DNA of 37,105 nucleotides from IMG/VR virus record IMGVR_UViG_3300036846_001604, positions 1 through 37,105 of that record. One strand, 5' to 3'. This stretch comes from a virus (lineage: Duplodnaviria; Caudoviricetes). This document shows, in pieces, positions 1-9,310 of this stretch; position 1 is the first letter of the stretch; the number at the start of each line of letters is the position of its first letter. Made by a program: the position numbers and the translations under genes. The notes beneath the pieces are model-generated. The model was not told the DNA's origin and made no database searches. It worked only from the letters and a program-made list of their open reading frames with translations.

Positions 1-1086
1 TACGGCTTCCGTTAAACCGAGGTTTTGCACATTCTGGTTTAACTGTATCCAGGTGAAATTCGCGTCGGCAGGAACGGTGTAGCGAATACCCATCCAGACA
101 TTTCCCGAAACACTGGTTGCCAGAATACAACTGCCATTTGCGGTGTCACGTTTTGCCAGAACTTCCAGGAAGAAATAATCGTCAGATGGCAGAACAGTGA
201 TACCGGTATTGTTTCTGGCAAAACGACGTGCGCCTGACGGCAGGTTGTTCAGGTCATCGGCGGTGCTTATCCACATGACACCCTGCACGGCAAGGCCGGT
301 CTGGGTGTCGTCGATGGCTTTTTTGGTGGCGGCAAGGCCCACATCTTCCGGGGTGGGTTTGTTCAGGGTGTTGAAATCCCTGAACCAGGTGTATTTTTCC
401 GGTATGCTGCGCCAGCCACCATCAAATTTTACCCCTGTCCATCCTTTGTCTGGTGAGTCGATACACACCAACCGGATGACCCCACCTTTTCTGTTGGGAC
501 TATCACTGGCTTTACTCAGTTTTCCGGTCACATGAATGTAACACCAGCCGCTATCGGGCAAAGGTCCGCCAGCACTCCGGTTCTGACATATTGCCATATA
601 CCCGGCAGGGAGCGCGTCTAGGTCTTCCTCCGTCGTTAGTATGAGGGCAGGGAGAGCACCCTCGCCGAGGTGCGTTTCTTCCACTGCTTTTTTGACGTTA
701 GTCAGGGTGAGGTTGTTCAGGGCCAGTGGGATGCTCTGAAGGTCGGACAGGTTACGGGCTTTAGCCAGTCTTTCATTCGCGTTATCCATCGCGATTTTGA
801 CCGCTTTTGGCGTGGCGGCCATTGTTTCGTCCAGACTGGTAACGCCGCTGTAGAGCTTAACGAAGCCCTTGTCGGTCAGGGTGGCGTCAGGATGGTTGCG
901 TGATTTTTCGTGTTCGGCCAGCGCATTGTTTGCGTCCTCAAGGCGTTTTTTCAGCCACTGCGTGCGGTTGGCCAGCTGTTTCTGTGGTCTGTTTGAGAGA
1001 CCTTCCGGGCCACCTAATACAGGGTCAGACGTCTCTATCTGATAGACGTCCTCATCCCATTGTTCGAGTTCAGTCAGTTTGCCCAT
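1..1086 (-). CDS. Tail fibre protein (P2 gpH/Mu gpS-like), 5' part only; runs off the left edge (not in ORF track)
   Basis: Manual translation from ATG 1086 is open for 362 codons: MGKLTELEQWDEDVYQIETSDPVLGG...HPDATLTDKGFVKLYSGVTSLDETMAATPKAVK (typical tail-fibre HPDAT/AATPKAVK repeat); follows gpI-like gene. Confidence 0.92.
   Translation of the reverse strand, partial: MGKLTELEQWDEDVYQIETSDPVLGGPEGLSNRPQKQLANRTQWLKKRLEDANNALAEHEKSRNHPDATLTDKGFVKLYSGVTSLDETMAATPKAVKIAMDNANERLAKARNLSDLQSIPLALNNLTLTNVKKAVEETHLGEGALPALILTTEEDLDALPAGYMAICQNRSAGGPLPDSGWCYIHVTGKLSKASDSPNRKGGVIRLVCIDSPDKGWTGVKFDGGWRSIPEKYTWFRDFNTLNKPTPEDVGLAATKKAIDDTQTGLAVQGVMWISTADDLNNLPSGARRFARNNTGITVLPSDDYFFLEVLAKRDTANGSCILATSVSGNVWMGIRYTVPADANFTWIQLNQNVQNLGLTEAV
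7..32. other. gix/cix/hix-like DNA invertase crossover site inside the tail-fibre gene
   Basis: TTCCGTTAAACCGAGGTTTTGCACAT matches 21/26 positions of the Mu gix sequence as recalled (TTCCTGTAAACCGAGGTTTTGGATAA); encodes QNLGLTE in the fibre frame. Confidence 0.8.
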
Positions 1087-1088
1087 AA

Positions 1089-1661
1089 TCAGGCGCTCCC
1101 GTGGTTGTATGTCCCGTCATATCGGGCGGTGTTGTTGTAACGGATGGGGGCAGACACAAAATCAAGACTCGCCAGTTCACAACGTGCAGGCGCAAAGGCC
1201 GCCAGCGTTTTTCGCATCAGCCGGGCCTGATCGTTCGTAATCGCCTGACTCAGTTTGATGCGATATAACGCCCAGTGCGTGTCTGCTGGCCATTTAATGG
1301 CGATAGCCGGATCAAGCCCGTCACCCCCTTCAATAATCTGCACTTCACCAAAGCCCAGACTGCGAATAACCTGCCGGACTGACCATGGCGTGCCTTTGTA
1401 ACGAAACAGCTCAATGGCGTTTTTGATGAGTTCCCGCTTTGCCTCATCAGACTCAGCCAGCTCCCAGCCGTTATCACCCGTCAGCGACAATTGACCGGCA
1501 AGCCAGGGCAACGCTGAGATTTCTGTCATATCGATGAGATAAACCAGTAGCGGCGTCAGGTTGATACCGGAGAATCGCTTTTCAGCAAGTCTCGCCAGCG
1601 TGGCAAAGCGTCTGTCTGCAGCCAGCGGCGGGGCCAGTGGCAGAATGTCTTTATCAGCCAT
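1089..1661 (-). CDS. Phage tail protein I (P2 gpI-like baseplate wedge)
   Basis: LPWLAGQL, KGTPWSV, APARC motifs; between J-like gene and tail fibre. Confidence 0.9.
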   Translation of the reverse strand: MADKDILPLAPPLAADRRFATLARLAEKRFSGINLTPLLVYLIDMTEISALPWLAGQLSLTGDNGWELAESDEAKRELIKNAIELFRYKGTPWSVRQVIRSLGFGEVQIIEGGDGLDPAIAIKWPADTHWALYRIKLSQAITNDQARLMRKTLAAFAPARCELASLDFVSAPIRYNNTARYDGTYNHGSA

Positions 1662-2763
1662 GAACTTTTCCCCCAGGTGTCAGACGAATGGAGGTACAGT
1701 GTGCCCACTGCGTTTCAGTCAGGATTTGTTCTGTCAGGGAGTTCAGCGTCACTTTGTATATCCCCGGAACAGACAATGCCGCTGATATCTGGCTGGGAAT
1801 AATGTCCCGGCCAAGACGCGATGACTGAAGGGTTTCCCACTCAGTGATGGCTTTCGTTGCCTGCTGAATGACTGCCTGCTCATCCTGATCGCCGTACACA
1901 ATCAGCGTGGCATTAATGGCGTAAACCACCTCATCCGGCAGGCTGGTGATAACGGTATCCGTAAGCGGACGTATTTTTTCGTCAGAACAAATGCCGTCAA
2001 CCGCATCAAGAATGATCTGATCCGGCAGACCGTATGACATCAGCGGCGTCAGTTTTACCGTGCCGGGCCGTGGACGCGTGACGGCCACATCAACAATATC
2101 CTGATGTGCAGACATCGCGTGGAAACGGTACGCCCCCTTTGAACCTGCGTTACTGAAAGACTCAGGAGCGAGAATGATACGCTCGCGAAGGTGATCGTCA
2201 CTTTCCGCATCCGCGCCGCCAGAACTGGGGGCGACGGCCACGACCTGAAAATCCGCACCGTCAATATCATCCAGCAGATTGCTGATTTGCGCCGGTTGCC
2301 AGCCGTTACCGTCAGTACCCGCCGCGGTACAGGTCGCGCGAACCTGTACACTGAGCGCTCCGGCCACTAAAAGCACATCACTGTCGGTGGCAAAAATTAC
2401 GCTGTCGGTGGCGCTGACGCGGGTGCCTGCAGGAATAAGAATATTGGTCGCAGGCGCTTCCTCGACGCTGAAGTGCAGCGTGGCCTGCGCCGGAATGGCA
2501 GGTAAACGAAACACCCCGACCAGATGACCGAGATAATCAATCATCGGGGCGCGGGCTTTGGCCACCAGGTTCTGTCCGGCCACGTCCTGAATAATGGTGC
2601 GTACCAGCGATTCGCGGTAGACCACCATATTGATGAGCAACATCTCATCATCAGCGGGATACAGCTTTTTACCGGACTCTTTCTCGTACCAGTCGATAAC
2701 CTCGCGGAGAATGACCTCCGGGCGGGTTTCCAGAAAGACCGGTTCAGCCAGTGCTAACGCCAT
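1654..2763 (-). CDS. Baseplate J/gp47-family protein
   Basis: GADAESDDHLRERI, SNAGSKGAY, IRPLTD motifs; 369 aa; synteny. Confidence 0.93.
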   Translation of the reverse strand: MALALAEPVFLETRPEVILREVIDWYEKESGKKLYPADDEMLLINMVVYRESLVRTIIQDVAGQNLVAKARAPMIDYLGHLVGVFRLPAIPAQATLHFSVEEAPATNILIPAGTRVSATDSVIFATDSDVLLVAGALSVQVRATCTAAGTDGNGWQPAQISNLLDDIDGADFQVVAVAPSSGGADAESDDHLRERIILAPESFSNAGSKGAYRFHAMSAHQDIVDVAVTRPRPGTVKLTPLMSYGLPDQIILDAVDGICSDEKIRPLTDTVITSLPDEVVYAINATLIVYGDQDEQAVIQQATKAITEWETLQSSRLGRDIIPSQISAALSVPGIYKVTLNSLTEQILTETQWAHCTSIRLTPGGKVHG

Positions 2764-3116
2764 TTGACCTCCGTATGCTCTTCACCGCCACTTTGCAACC
2801 GCCAGCTCACGCGCAGCGTGACGTGTTCGCCCGCGATAACAGGCTGTACGCGCACATTCAGGCAGCGGGGTTCCCACCGGCGAATCGCGTCCACTGACTC
2901 GCGGATGACGTTTGGAACTGCGCGCGGAACCGGCCAGTCCAGATAACGCCACGCATCGCTGCCAAATTCCGGTCGCAGCGGGTCGCTGCCTTTCGGGGTC
3001 GACAGAATGGTTCTGATGCACTGCGCGACGGAGGCGGCACCGGTCACGCGACCATCGCGGCCCAGTGCGGGTTGCCACCACAGCGGCTGTGATTGTGAAG
3101 AACTGTTCGTATTCAT
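2754..3116 (-). CDS. Baseplate gpW/gp25-family protein
   Basis: QCIRTILSTPKGSDPLRPEFGS and RWEPR motifs. Confidence 0.92.
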   Translation of the reverse strand: MNTNSSSQSQPLWWQPALGRDGRVTGAASVAQCIRTILSTPKGSDPLRPEFGSDAWRYLDWPVPRAVPNVIRESVDAIRRWEPRCLNVRVQPVIAGEHVTLRVSWRLQSGGEEHTEVKWR

Positions 3117-3122
3117 GCCGAC

Positions 3123-3166
3123 AGTGTCGGGGATACGGGGGACGGGAAGTATTAAAGCGCTTTAAA
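3123..3166 (-). promoter_or_regulatory. Predicted activator-dependent late promoter (16-bp palindrome 3151-3166, 22 bp spacer, -10 GACACT 3128-3123)
   Basis: Same motif and exact 22-bp spacing recur at 9670, 15651, 23317 and 36420. Confidence 0.7.
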
Positions 3167-3212
3167 TAACGCAGCAGCCCCGCATGGCGCAGGGCAGCAG
3201 GAAGGTGCGTTA

Positions 3213-3944
3213 TTATGATGGAGGGCCGGTAGGCGCACCATTATGACCTTTCGGGTGTTCGTGGCGTTTCAGTGACGTACCTCCAGCAGAAATGTCGCCA
3301 GTAGCCGTCAGACTGCCGGTAATAGTCGCCGCCGCACCACCTGCACCACCGGAAATCGACATGCCGCCCTTGCCGGTAATACTGCCTTCAACCAGCAGAT
3401 TTTTCTTTATCGCCGCATTGCCGGTGATTTCAGTTTCGGGGCTGTCAATCGTGGCTTTCTTCGTTTTGACGGTCGCTGAATCACTGGCATTGACGGTGGC
3501 CGCTTTCGTTCTGATGGTGGCGCTGTTCTGGGCAATAACGGTAACCTGCGTGTCGGTCTGCAGGGTGATATCGCTGTGGGTGGTGATGGTCAGCGTCTTT
3601 ATCGCACCGCCGATGGCCATCGCGTTATTTTTGCGATCGTACTCAACGAACGTTCCGTCAGCAAAGTCAGTACGGCGTTTATCGGGGTCACTGATGACCG
3701 GCTTATCCTTACCGGAATACACCGCGCCGAGAATCACCCCCTCGACGCCGTCAGGGGTCATCAGCACCTTCACCTGCTCGCCGATGTCTGGCATGCAGTA
3801 ATCCTTATTTCTGTAAGTATTGTTCTGCATGACATCCAGCCACCAGGTGCGAAGGTTATCATGATCCGGCAGACGAACGCGGGCGCGAACGTTCGCCGGA
3901 TCGATGGCACTGACGGTGCCGGTCGCAAATATCACGCCGTTCAT
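3213..3944 (-). CDS. Baseplate assembly/central spike protein V
   Basis: OB-fold N-term (RARVRLPD...PDIGEQV...GVILGAVY), beta-helix-like repeats, C-terminal HxH (HEH) metal motif. Confidence 0.93.
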   Translation of the reverse strand: MNGVIFATGTVSAIDPANVRARVRLPDHDNLRTWWLDVMQNNTYRNKDYCMPDIGEQVKVLMTPDGVEGVILGAVYSGKDKPVISDPDKRRTDFADGTFVEYDRKNNAMAIGGAIKTLTITTHSDITLQTDTQVTVIAQNSATIRTKAATVNASDSATVKTKKATIDSPETEITGNAAIKKNLLVEGSITGKGGMSISGGAGGAAATITGSLTATGDISAGGTSLKRHEHPKGHNGAPTGPPS

Positions 3945-5107
3945 CGTGTCGAAATCCTCTTGTCAGCCTTAACCTGTTCGGTGGTGTTGTCCGCCTTAAA
4001 GACGGTCAGGGTTCGGGTCTGTTTTTTACCTTTGCCCGCCTTGTGTTTCAGACCGCGCGCAATATCGATATCGGTGGTCAGCCCACTGCTGCGCACAAGA
4101 GAATGGCGCGCGCTGATAATCAGCCATTTGCCGTCAGATTTACCAAAACCGGATAATGTGACGCTACCACCTGCCCGTAACGACAAATCCCCCTCAAGCG
4201 ACAACGTTCCGGCATGCTTGTACTCGTTTTTACTGTCCAGCTTCGCTTTACCTTTGGCGCGGGATTCATCAGGATTTGACGCGCGTTCATATGTATTCAG
4301 TGTATCCACGCCAGCGCTTTCTTCAGGCAGGCGGAACGGAACCTGTACCTGTGCCTGCGTTCGCTTTTCCTGACGGGTATCTTTCGTTCCATCGGCTTTG
4401 TAGGTCACAAGCGTTCGCGTCTGGCTGTTCTGGTGCCTGTTCTTCACACCCTTATAGACTTCATGCAGGGTGTCGCGCAGGGTAAAACGGCTGACCTCCT
4501 CCGGCGTGATGGTACGAATGACCGGTGCATCCCGAAGCTTACCCAGGTGAGAAAATATCAGTTTTTCCGGGGTGACCTTGACCATATAGCCGTAGTCCTT
4601 CGCCAGGCGTTTGAGAAACGCCAGATCGGACTCGCCGTATTGGGTGATCCGCTCAAGGGTCAGCGGCTCAATCTGCCCCTCCAGTTTCAGCTTGTGCTTG
4701 CGGGCAATACGCCCGGCAATGGCCGCAAGCGTGGTGTTCTCAAAGCCCCGGTTTGATTTGGTGCGCATGGCGCGGGTCACGGTTGCCGAACGCCCCCGGA
4801 TACTGACGCTGTCAGGCGGGCCGGAGAGTTCAATTTCATCAATGGAAAACCCGCCGCAGTCGGTCAGGGGCCTACCCTGAAAACCAAGTTGCAGGGCGAG
4901 CGTGTCACCCATGCCCGGATACCACGCATCACGCCAGCGTTGTTCGCTGTCTTCCAGCTCCACTTCCAGTTCGTCACTTTCCCCGCTCAGTTTGTCGGTG
5001 AAGGTGATACTGGTCGCATATGCGGTGATGTCGTGCGTGATGTCCTTTAAATTGTACCGCAGCACAAAGACCGGCTCCGGCACCGGTAACGTGTTCATCG
5101 CAGCCAT
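3941..5107 (-). CDS. Baseplate hub / late control D-family protein
   Basis: FTDKLSGESDELE, Q..ESDLAFLKRLA motifs; SD GGAGGAG 8 nt upstream. Confidence 0.9.
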   Translation of the reverse strand: MAAMNTLPVPEPVFVLRYNLKDITHDITAYATSITFTDKLSGESDELEVELEDSEQRWRDAWYPGMGDTLALQLGFQGRPLTDCGGFSIDEIELSGPPDSVSIRGRSATVTRAMRTKSNRGFENTTLAAIAGRIARKHKLKLEGQIEPLTLERITQYGESDLAFLKRLAKDYGYMVKVTPEKLIFSHLGKLRDAPVIRTITPEEVSRFTLRDTLHEVYKGVKNRHQNSQTRTLVTYKADGTKDTRQEKRTQAQVQVPFRLPEESAGVDTLNTYERASNPDESRAKGKAKLDSKNEYKHAGTLSLEGDLSLRAGGSVTLSGFGKSDGKWLIISARHSLVRSSGLTTDIDIARGLKHKAGKGKKQTRTLTVFKADNTTEQVKADKRISTR

Positions 5108-5319
5108 GGGGGTAACTCCTCCGTCACATCACCGGTGTCAATCACCGGGATAGCCAGACGCAGTCCGCCCGGCAGGACTGGCGTCACCGCAATATGCGGA
5201 TTGGCCAGCACAATACGACCATAACCCATCGGGTCGGCGTAATAACGCCAGGCAATGTGATCCCAGCGTTCACCCTCCGTGGTGATGTGCTCCAGAAAAA
5301 TGTCGTTCTTGTCGCTCAT
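5095..5319 (-). CDS. Tail protein X (LysM-like)
   Basis: TTEGERWDHIAWRYY...ANP...LPPWLR. Confidence 0.9.
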   Translation of the reverse strand: MSDKNDIFLEHITTEGERWDHIAWRYYADPMGYGRIVLANPHIAVTPVLPGGLRLAIPVIDTGDVTEELPPWLR

Positions 5320-5322
5320 CGG

Positions 5323-6213
5323 TTACATGCTCCGGGTGACCATTCGTGATGCCAGTTTGCTGAGATAAACCGAGTTATCCGTCATCACTGAAACCGCATC
5401 CCCCACGGCGCTGGCCACGCTGTCGAACGTGCCGGGAAGGTTCGCGGGATGCTTCAGGTCGATACGCTTTAAGGTGTCAGCGCCACCGTCAATCAGCGAG
5501 ACTATCTGACCACCTGCGCGGGCCATTCTGGCCGCTTCCGGTAACTGCGCGCTCAGCCCTGTCAGTGCAGGAAAGGCCTTCTCCAGCGGCCCGGTGACGT
5601 TATTCAGGCTGGTTATCATGCCGGGAATACGACTCACCGCCGCCACAGGATTATCCTTAAACTGGCGGGCCACGCGCACCACGTTCGAGGCGGTACTTAA
5701 CGCCGACTGTGCGGTACGCGCCGCCGTGACGGCGGTATGCAACAGGCCGGTGATGCCGGTCGCCTGCTGCAGGGGTTTTGTGATAGCCCCCACGCCGGAG
5801 AGGGCGGATTTTACCGCCACCGGCGTCGGTGGATTATTCGGATCGCCCGTAAACTCCCGCAGCGTCAGCGTGACGGCCAGCGCCTGAATCTGGCCATCGG
5901 GTGTGGCAAGCGTGATATTTCGGGTGGCGTCGGTGATGACAAACCAGCCGGGGTAGTCCGTCCCGATAACCACGGCCAGCGCCTGATGCGCCAGCCGTGC
6001 GGCGTTAATCTGATTCCAGACGCTGGCAGGTTCGCAGTAGCGAAAATGCAGCACAAAGCTCCAGCTGTATTCATCAAGCTTACCGCCGATATACTGCAGC
6101 CCCGGCTTGCCGCTGATGCGATCAAGTTCGGCAAAGTCACTGCCGTAAGTCCCGTCCAGTTTGTCGGGGGAAATACCGGTGTTAATTTCAATATCACCCA
6201 GTAATGCAAACAT
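5323..6213 (-). CDS. P2 GpU-like tail tube initiator with C-terminal extension
   Basis: MFALLGDI, GKPGLQYIG, LTLREF; directly after tape measure. Confidence 0.82.
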   Translation of the reverse strand: MFALLGDIEINTGISPDKLDGTYGSDFAELDRISGKPGLQYIGGKLDEYSWSFVLHFRYCEPASVWNQINAARLAHQALAVVIGTDYPGWFVITDATRNITLATPDGQIQALAVTLTLREFTGDPNNPPTPVAVKSALSGVGAITKPLQQATGITGLLHTAVTAARTAQSALSTASNVVRVARQFKDNPVAAVSRIPGMITSLNNVTGPLEKAFPALTGLSAQLPEAARMARAGGQIVSLIDGGADTLKRIDLKHPANLPGTFDSVASAVGDAVSVMTDNSVYLSKLASRMVTRSM

Positions 6214-6223
6214 ATCTCACTCC

Positions 6224-8848
6224 TCACGCATCAAAGCTGCGGCGCTGTTTACGGCGAATGATTTCATCAAGCAGACGTTCAAGCTCCGGCAGGTTCTCTT
6301 TTAATGCCTGCTTTATCGCGTCCGTTGTTAATGTGCCGGGCGTCGCTTCCTTTATATGTACTGCCGGGGAATAGATCAGATGAATTGCCGGAGAGGATTC
6401 ACCACCACCTGCAGTGGCACCGCGTGGAATATCGGCAATAAACGGCACTGCCGGAATGCGGGGCGAACGCAGGTTGTCGGGCATGATTTTAGCGGCCAGC
6501 CCCTTTGCGGCCTGCTGCGCTTTCCATGCCGTATTGTTGATACCGAGCTGCAGGCCCTCAACGATATACCCGCCGTACCCCATAAAGACGCGGGAGGGAC
6601 TGTGTATTTCAGTTTCACCGGTAAAGAAGCCTTTAATACCGTCGGTTAATTCTTTAAAGGTATCCTTGACGGAGTTCCATTTGTTTTTAATTCCGTCTGT
6701 CAGACCGTCAATAATATTTTTGCCAAAGTCGGTAAAGTTTTTCGGCAGGTCTACGCCAAACCAGCTCATGACCTCAGAAAAGACCTGCGTAAATAATCCC
6801 AGCGGCGACCAGTTAAGAATTAATTCACCAATACCCAGCAGGCCACCATCAAATGCCGTCTGAATATCCTGCCAGCGGTCGGTAAAGAAGCCGGTAATGG
6901 ATGACCAGATTTGTGTGCCGATATTTTCAATCCCCGTCCACAGGCGGGTAAAGAAACCTTTAATCGGCTCCCAGTAGCGGTAAATAAGGAAGGCAGCAAC
7001 GGCAATGCCGGTAATCAGCAGCCCGATGGGGTTCATCATTAAGGCGCGGCCAATAAACAGGATGGCGCGACCGGCGGCCATCAGACCACGAAGGAGACCG
7101 CCGCCAAGAACGCGACCGAGACGGCCAGCGCCGGTAGCCAGTCTGGAGGCCAGTGGCCCCAGTCCGCGCATTTTGCCCCACAGCGTTTTAAAGCCGCCTC
7201 CGGCCTTCATGGTAAGGTTAAACAGCAGCGAGGAACTTTTACCCAGCGTGCGGTACTCATGGGTCAGACGGACTATCGTCGCAATACCACGCACACCTCC
7301 GCGGGCAAGACCGAACAGCCAGCCAAGGGTACCACTGTAAAGCAGTTTACCAATGAGCCAGCCCCCACGAAGCATCAGGAAATATTTTCCTGCAGCGATG
7401 GCCATACCGCCATAAGTACGAATAAGATCCTGATTCCGGGCCACCCAGTCAGTGGCCATATGGATACCGGTTTTGAGCTGATCGATATTGTCACGAATAA
7501 CCGGCGCAAGCACTTCACCAAATGTGGAAGACAGGATACTCAGCTCGTTTTTAAGTTGTTTACCCTGTTCACCGAGCGCATCGGTTTTCTGGTCGTAAGC
7601 CATATTCAGATAATTGGGGTCACCCTGGTTTTTAATGGTCTGCTTATTATTTTCGTAAGCCCCCCAGTTTTTTGACATGGCGTTAATAAATTTAATCTGT
7701 TCCGGCGAGGACACTATCTGGCCCAGACCAAAAGACTGAATTAATTGCTGTTGCGCAGCGGCGTCGCCATTAAGCGCGGTAAATTTATTCATGAATTTAC
7801 CGCCGCCAACCTCTTCCAGATAGCGCTGGGTCACACGCAGTGAGGCTTCAAAATCTGACATGCCGCCTTTCATGTAGTCGGCGCGCGAGCGGACATAATC
7901 AACACCCATCACATCGAAACGATGCTCCATCCTGCGACCGTCGCTGGTATCCATCCAGCCCTGCAGCCCGGACACCACGTCCTCTTTATTACGCATCGTC
8001 AGACGGGCAGCACCGAGGGAGGACATAATCTCGGTTATCGCCTCATCACCGGTAATACCGCGCTTCTGGAAAGACTCCGCCAGTTTGCCAAACGCCGGGG
8101 CCACATCCGGGAACTCAAAGCCCACACGATTACCGCTGTCGGCCAGCAGATTGAAGGCATGACGCGCCCCTTTATCGTTGTCATAGCCGAGGTTATGGGT
8201 CAGTACATCGGCCACTTTTGCCGTATCCTGCACACCCATGTTATAGACCGTGGAGACCTTACCGATAATGTCAGTGAGATTTGCCGCCGCTTTACGATCC
8301 CACCCTGCATCCACCAGATCATCAACGCCGCGCAAAAGCTCGGTGACGGTCTGTGTGGTATCCCTTGATGTGACCCGCATCTGGTCAAGCAGCTGTTTTT
8401 CATCACTGCGGCTGTAGTTACGGGAACCCTGACTGGTTGAACGCAACATCGCCTCTTCACCGGCATAGGTGGCCGTTGTTTTATAGGCCAGCGCACCCGC
8501 AGCCGTGGCTCCACCGACAAGCCCCCGAAGCTCAGACATGATTTGCTGGCGTTTAAGCAGCATGCTGTTGACCTTATTATCCCATTTCAGGAGTTTTTCC
8601 TGCTGAATATGAAGGCGCTGCATACTGTTACCGACGCTGTCATAGCTGCCGCGCAGACGGTCGGCCACGCCTGCACCAATCTGGCCGTAACGTTCCGAGG
8701 CGCGACTTAGCGCGTCCTGACGGGTTTTAAGGCGGGAAGTGGTATCAGTGAGTTTGTTCAGCGTTCGCTGAGTGTTGCCCATTGCCGAGGTGAACGAACC
8801 GGAAACCGCCGCCCCGATAACAACACCTAATGAAAAGGATGTGGACAT
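6224..8848 (-). CDS. Tail tape measure protein
   Basis: 874 aa, Ala/Gly-rich, NPIGL...AAFLIYRYWEPIK, W/F periodic repeats, IHSPSRVF. Confidence 0.95.
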   Translation of the reverse strand: MSTSFSLGVVIGAAVSGSFTSAMGNTQRTLNKLTDTTSRLKTRQDALSRASERYGQIGAGVADRLRGSYDSVGNSMQRLHIQQEKLLKWDNKVNSMLLKRQQIMSELRGLVGGATAAGALAYKTTATYAGEEAMLRSTSQGSRNYSRSDEKQLLDQMRVTSRDTTQTVTELLRGVDDLVDAGWDRKAAANLTDIIGKVSTVYNMGVQDTAKVADVLTHNLGYDNDKGARHAFNLLADSGNRVGFEFPDVAPAFGKLAESFQKRGITGDEAITEIMSSLGAARLTMRNKEDVVSGLQGWMDTSDGRRMEHRFDVMGVDYVRSRADYMKGGMSDFEASLRVTQRYLEEVGGGKFMNKFTALNGDAAAQQQLIQSFGLGQIVSSPEQIKFINAMSKNWGAYENNKQTIKNQGDPNYLNMAYDQKTDALGEQGKQLKNELSILSSTFGEVLAPVIRDNIDQLKTGIHMATDWVARNQDLIRTYGGMAIAAGKYFLMLRGGWLIGKLLYSGTLGWLFGLARGGVRGIATIVRLTHEYRTLGKSSSLLFNLTMKAGGGFKTLWGKMRGLGPLASRLATGAGRLGRVLGGGLLRGLMAAGRAILFIGRALMMNPIGLLITGIAVAAFLIYRYWEPIKGFFTRLWTGIENIGTQIWSSITGFFTDRWQDIQTAFDGGLLGIGELILNWSPLGLFTQVFSEVMSWFGVDLPKNFTDFGKNIIDGLTDGIKNKWNSVKDTFKELTDGIKGFFTGETEIHSPSRVFMGYGGYIVEGLQLGINNTAWKAQQAAKGLAAKIMPDNLRSPRIPAVPFIADIPRGATAGGGESSPAIHLIYSPAVHIKEATPGTLTTDAIKQALKENLPELERLLDEIIRRKQRRSFDA

Positions 8849-8892
8849 AATATATACTCAGCGAATTAACGAATAATAAAGGAGAGAAGACG

Positions 8893-9159
8893 ATGTACTT
8901 TGTTGCTGGCGTTTATATTCTTGCCATGCTCTCCGCGTATGGTTATCTGGCCTGGCTCATTATTGTCGACGGTATAATGACCGGACAATTAACGTTTGCT
9001 GTGGGCTTTATCATTTTTTTCATCGCCGCTTTATTTATTTTTCTGGTTCAGGCGATGGTGACGCCGCTGATATATCCGCTGGCGTATATTGCTGAGGGTA
9101 TCTGGTGGCTGATGAAAAAAGCCTGGCACGGCATTATCCGTCGCCGTACTCACGCTTAA
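8893..9159 (+). CDS. Small hydrophobic inner-membrane protein (moron, antisense to tail operon)
   Basis: 88 aa with 2-3 hydrophobic segments and basic C-tail; strong SD AAAGGAG; TATACT -10-like box at 8853-8858. Confidence 0.8.
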   Translation: MYFVAGVYILAMLSAYGYLAWLIIVDGIMTGQLTFAVGFIIFFIAALFIFLVQAMVTPLIYPLAYIAEGIWWLMKKAWHGIIRRRTHA

Positions 9160-9310
9160 TCTGCTCGTTTGCCTCGTCAATATAGTCCTCAAACTCATCC
9201 ATCAGCAGCCGGTCAATCTCTCCCGGCTGCCAGCGAAACCAGCGGGCCAGCAGCGCCGTCCCTTTTACCAGCGCATCATCACTCGTCAGCCAGCCCGGCA
9301 AATTGTCGAA
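9134..9310 (-). CDS. GpE'-like (P2 GpE family) frameshift extension of the tail assembly chaperone (not in ORF track)
   Basis: +1 frame relative to 9279..9599 reads FDNLPGWLTSDDALVKGTALLARWFRWQPGEIDRLLMDEFEDYIDEANEQIKREYGDG*; no ATG ahead of the conserved part. Confidence 0.75.
   Translation of the reverse strand, partial: FDNLPGWLTSDDALVKGTALLARWFRWQPGEIDRLLMDEFEDYIDEANEQIKREYGDG

Noticed and set aside
655-680. CCGAGGT core resembling a second invertase site in the fibre gene
   Set aside because: Only the 7-bp core matches; flanking arms are absent.
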